Positions 60,787 through 64,000 of a stretch of 64,000 nucleotides of DNA are shown here, piece after piece. The position numbers were made by a program, and so were the translations under genes. The stretch lies in contig CAWJET010000001.1 in assembly GCA_963842085.1 (NCBI GenBank), positions 3,180,342 to 3,244,341 of the forward strand, given 5' to 3'. The notes beneath the pieces are model-generated. The model worked only from the letters and a program-made list of their open reading frames with translations. It was not told the DNA's origin and did no database searches. The number at the start of each line of letters is the position of its first letter. Position 1 is the first letter of the stretch. This DNA comes from an uncultured delta proteobacterium. GTDB lineage: Bacteria; Desulfobacterota; Binatia; Binatales; Binataceae.

Positions 60787-61827
60787 ATGCAGGTTACTAT
60801 TGTTGGAATCGATTTGGCAAAGAACGTGTTTTGTCTTCATGGCTGCGACACGAACGGGAAGCCGGTGTTGCGCAAGCAACTCGCGCGGCGGCAGCTGCTG
60901 AGCTTCGTCGCCATTCTGCCGCGGTGCCTGGTTGCGATGGAGGCATGTGCGAGCGCGCACTACTGGGCGCGCGAGATTGAGAAGCTCGGTCACCAGGTGC
61001 GGCTCATCAGTCCCAGGTTCGTAAAGCCTTACGTCAAAGCCAACAAGAACGACGCCAGCGACGCCGAGGCGATCTGCGAGGCGGCGGGCCGGCCGACGAT
61101 GCGCTTCGTCGCGGTCAAGAGTACCGCGCAGCAGGAGGTGCAGGCGGTCCATCGGGTGCGCCAACAGCTGGTGAAAACCCGAACTGCCCTGGTCAACCAG
61201 GCGCGCGGACTGCTGGAATTCGGCATCGTGGTCGCGCAGGGAGTTGGGCGCCTGCGCCGCGCCCTACCGACGATCCTCGAGGATCGGGAAAACGGACTCA
61301 GCGGAGTGATGCGCGAGCTGCTCGGAGAGATCGGCGAACGTCTGAGCTTCATCGATGATCGCCTGCACAAGTATGACCTGACCATCCAGCGGCTCTTCCG
61401 CCAGGATGAACGCTGCCAGCGAGTGGCCGCAGTTGAAGGCGTGGGTCCGCTGGTCGCCACTGCCCTGGTCGCTGCGGTGGGCAACGCCACCGACTTCAGA
61501 AGCGGGCGCGAACTGGCGGCCTATCTCGGACTGGTTCCGCGCCATCGCGCCAGCGGTGGGCGCACGGTGCTGCTCGGGATCAGCAAGCGTGGCGATCGTT
61601 ACCTGCGCACGCTGCTGATTCACGGTGCGCGCTCGGCCCTGCTCCGGATCGAGCGGCAACGCAGTGCGCGCGCCATCTGGGCCGCGCGGCTCAAGCTTCG
61701 CCGTGGATCTAATGTGGCGGCGGTTGCGTTGGCGAACAAGAATGCGCGAGTGCTGTGGGCGCTGCTCAACCGACACCAGAGCTATCAACCAGCGCCGTTT
61801 CCCGCCCGCGTCCCCCAAAGTGGTTGA
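60787..61827 (+). CDS. IS110 DEDD recombinase/transposase
   Basis: GIDLAK, AMEAC, KNDASDAEAI, GVGP, AYLGLVP..ASGG, ISKRGDRYLR. Confidence 0.95.
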   Translation: MQVTIVGIDLAKNVFCLHGCDTNGKPVLRKQLARRQLLSFVAILPRCLVAMEACASAHYWAREIEKLGHQVRLISPRFVKPYVKANKNDASDAEAICEAAGRPTMRFVAVKSTAQQEVQAVHRVRQQLVKTRTALVNQARGLLEFGIVVAQGVGRLRRALPTILEDRENGLSGVMRELLGEIGERLSFIDDRLHKYDLTIQRLFRQDERCQRVAAVEGVGPLVATALVAAVGNATDFRSGRELAAYLGLVPRHRASGGRTVLLGISKRGDRYLRTLLIHGARSALLRIERQRSARAIWAARLKLRRGSNVAAVALANKNARVLWALLNRHQSYQPAPFPARVPQSG

Positions 61828-61859
61828 GGGAACGGCGGGCGGAAAATGGCTTTACCAGC

Positions 61860-62075
61860 CCTGAGATTGCGCAGGCTGTAGCGGAGAGCATGATGGCGAA
61901 CCGGTCGGAACCGGCACCTTCTCGAACCTGGCCACACACAAGGCCTTCGAGGCCGTGAACCTGATCAGGCGAAGGTGCGCGAACTTCCATCTGGGCCCGG
62001 GGCACAAAATGACGCCCCACTCAACGAGGCCGAATATATGACTGCAACCGGATCATCGCTCATCAAACTCCACAA
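61860..62075 (+). ncRNA. Putative seek/bridge RNA of the IS1111 element (ends approximate)
   Basis: GCCACACACA (61931-61940) is the reverse complement of the right flank; ATATATGA (62034-62041) equals the predicted circle junction; several hairpins. Confidence 0.75.
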
Positions 62076-62105
62076 ACAGTCTTGCGCCCGGGAGCGGTCC
62101 ATATA

Positions 62106-62156
62106 TGTGTGTGGCGAATTACTGATTTCCCCAGAATCAGCAATTCGCCACACACA
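62106..62156. repeat. Palindromic REP-like element, copy 2 (IS1111 target)
   Basis: TGTGTGTGGCGAATT-A-CTGATT-TCCCCAG-AATCAG-C-AATTCGCCACACACA; 22-bp stem with one mismatch. Confidence 0.88.
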
Positions 62157-62234
62157 GGCTGACCTTCGTCTGGCTACATGTCTAACCCGGTGCCGCTGGT
62201 TTCTGAGGGGGATGCTTAGGCGTTCTCCGTGACG

Positions 62235-63248
62235 TCACTCCGAGCCACGGCCTCTTTTGCGTGTGCGGCTGTTACGGCGGGTTCGTGTCGTGACGTTTTG
62301 CGTCAGCCGAACTTTGTGGGGTTGCCCTCCAAGCTGCCAGTCCGGCTTTACGTTGTTCACGGCGTTCTCCGTCTTGATGGCCTCGATCAAGACGAACAAG
62401 GCCTGAGGGTGCACGGCATCCGCGCGATAGATCATTCCCTCGGCGGTCGGGACTGGAAAACCCTTTAGAGGGATGGTCACCAGAGTGCCGCTTTCCAGTT
62501 CCTGCCGGACCACGCAGCGCGGAAGAATCGTCAGGAACTCGCCTTCGCAGAGCACTGCCTTGAGAAAACTCATGGACCCGGAGGTGATCATCGGCTTTGG
62601 TGGCTCTGCACCGGCGGTGCGAAACGCGTATTCGAACCACTCGACGACCTGCTGCGGGCGGTTCGGCACTATCCAGCGCTGCTTTGCTATGAGCGGTAGA
62701 GATTTCCGTCTCTCCGCCAGGATTGGATGATCTGGGCGACACACCACCGCAAACTCTCCCGCTACGAGTTCCTCGTGCACGAGCTCCTCCGCCCGATGCA
62801 TCATAGGGAAGCCGCTCGCAACGGCATCCAGTACGCCTTCTCGGACCAGCGCCGTCAGGCCTTCGTAGGTTCCATCGACGATGTCGAACGACAGCCCCGG
62901 CGTGGTCGCGAGTAGTTGCGCGATCACCCGCGGCAGGAACGAGATCGAAAAGTTCGCCACGCCGAGCCGCAGATGACCGACGTGCCCGGCCTTCACGGCT
63001 TGGATCTCAGCGACTGCCCGTTCGCCCTTATTGAGCAGCAGCCGCGCGTGGCGCAGCAGGATCTCTCCGTAGATCGTGGGTGCCACGCCGCGCGGCCCGC
63101 GCGTGAACAATTGCACGCCCAGATCATCCTCGAGATGGTGGATGCTCTTCGTCAGTGCCGGCTGCGAGAGGTGGATGTGATCGGCAGCGCGCCGCACGTT
63201 GCCGTGCTCCACCACTGCCATGAATTGCCGAAGCTGTCGCATGTCCAT
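62235..63248 (-). CDS. LysR family regulator
   Basis: MDMRQLRQF..V...G....AA..H.SQPALTKSI..LE..LG..LF.R. Confidence 0.95.
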   Translation of the reverse strand: MDMRQLRQFMAVVEHGNVRRAADHIHLSQPALTKSIHHLEDDLGVQLFTRGPRGVAPTIYGEILLRHARLLLNKGERAVAEIQAVKAGHVGHLRLGVANFSISFLPRVIAQLLATTPGLSFDIVDGTYEGLTALVREGVLDAVASGFPMMHRAEELVHEELVAGEFAVVCRPDHPILAERRKSLPLIAKQRWIVPNRPQQVVEWFEYAFRTAGAEPPKPMITSGSMSFLKAVLCEGEFLTILPRCVVRQELESGTLVTIPLKGFPVPTAEGMIYRADAVHPQALFVLIEAIKTENAVNNVKPDWQLGGQPHKVRLTQNVTTRTRRNSRTRKRGRGSE

Positions 63249-63380
63249 TCGCGTAACCTTTCGCCGCGTGGGATATAGCTAGTTAAGATATAGCCGAAAG
63301 GAATCAGGTGATGAAAATATACTATTGGACGACTATCGCGGCTGGGCCTATTGTCTTATTTATCGAGGGAGGGAAACCTA

Positions 63381-64000
63381 ATGCAAACGACGAAGACTCA
63401 ATCATCCCGCAACGGCGCGGCCGCGCCGACGCACGCCGAACTTTTTCAGCCCATCCGGATCGGGAATTGCAAGATCAAGAACCGCATTGCCATGGCGCCG
63501 ATGAACACGGTCTTCTCGATGGACAACCGGGGCTATCCGAACGAACAGATCATGGCCTACTATGCCGCGCGCGCGAAAGGTGGCACGGGGCTGATAATCA
63601 CCGAGTGCGTCCTCGGGACCCGACTGGCCTCGCGCTTCCCGTACACGTCCAACCTGCACTTGTTCAACGGAACACACCTGCCCGGTCTCGAAGAGCTGGT
63701 CGAGACGATCCACGCTTTTGACGCCAAGGTCTTTATCCAGCTGTCGATCGGCTTCGGCCGCCAGGGCCACAGCCACGACCACGAGGCGCCGCCCGCGCCG
63801 TCGGCGGGGATTCCGTATCAGACCGATCCCGAGATGTTGCCGGCGAAGATGCGCAAGCTCGTCGAGAAGAGCGGGTTCTTCATGAACCCGAAGATCCCGA
63901 CGATGATCATGGCCCACATGCCGCGGGAGATGACGCGCGAAGAGATCAAGAGCGAGATCGCGGAGTTCGGCCACTCGTGTGTCCTTGCCGTGATGGCGGG
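63381..64000 (+). CDS. NADH:flavin oxidoreductase (Old Yellow Enzyme family), runs off the window edge
   Basis: Manual translation: LFQPIRIG..KIKNRIAMAPM...YYAARAKGGTGLIITE; GGGAGG RBS; divergent from the LysR gene. Confidence 0.9.
   Translation, partial: MQTTKTQSSRNGAAAPTHAELFQPIRIGNCKIKNRIAMAPMNTVFSMDNRGYPNEQIMAYYAARAKGGTGLIITECVLGTRLASRFPYTSNLHLFNGTHLPGLEELVETIHAFDAKVFIQLSIGFGRQGHSHDHEAPPAPSAGIPYQTDPEMLPAKMRKLVEKSGFFMNPKIPTMIMAHMPREMTREEIKSEIAEFGHSCVLAVMA

Larger units (their letters stand above)
60694..62105 (+). mobile_element. IS110 family, IS1111-type element
   Basis: Subterminal 13-bp IRs ATGGACCGCTCCC (60701-60713) and GGGAGCGGTCCAT (62090-62102); ends inferred from the usual IS1111 7/3-nt offsets; long 3' non-coding region. 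Confidence 0.9.
8627..62160. mobile_element. Mosaic genomic island anchored at tRNA-Ser (right boundary approximate)
   Basis: Recombinase and DUF2924 next to the tRNA, several IS remnants, att-like copies, and a methylase fragment plus phage-type repressor at the far end. Confidence 0.65.

Noticed and set aside
63265-63300. LysR binding site (GATATAGC repeated twice)
   Set aside because: The location is plausible, but the T-N11-A rule is too degenerate to call a specific site.

Overview
GC-rich bacterial chromosome segment. The small lineage-typical protein families suggest Candidatus Binatia, but this is inference only. Positions 1-8.5 kb are host-like genes (nitrilase-family hydrolase, rhodanese, tadA, SDR, MBL hydrolase, amidohydrolase, CoA-transferase, ferritin-like protein) ending at tRNA-Ser(CGA) 8537-8626. 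From there to about 62.2 kb lies a mosaic island. It opens with a dead large serine recombinase (IS5 insertion with CTAG duplication plus a frameshift) and DUF2924. It carries GH144, GntR plus ferritin-like genes and a TetR-linked aromatic monooxygenase module. Further cargo is a glycogen-to-acetate cluster (malQ, xfp, phosphatase, glgP, pgm, tal, DUF2090, ackA, glgX), a wHTH-ATPase regulator divergent from an RpiB-AraC fusion, an RND pump and a two-subunit ATP-citrate lyase. It ends with phage-like remnants and an IS1111-type IS110. The most notable non-coding signals are four. (i) The IS110 3' non-coding region contains readable guide-like matches to its palindromic target and to its own circle junction. 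(ii) A conserved ~75-bp element occurs three times, including upstream of the xfp operon and of the RpiB-AraC gene (candidate regulon). (iii) Three tRNA-3'-end/att-like modules share a motif at a fixed ~104-nt distance. (iv) A TetR operator region is duplicated upstream of the RND pump. No CRISPR array or rRNA was seen.
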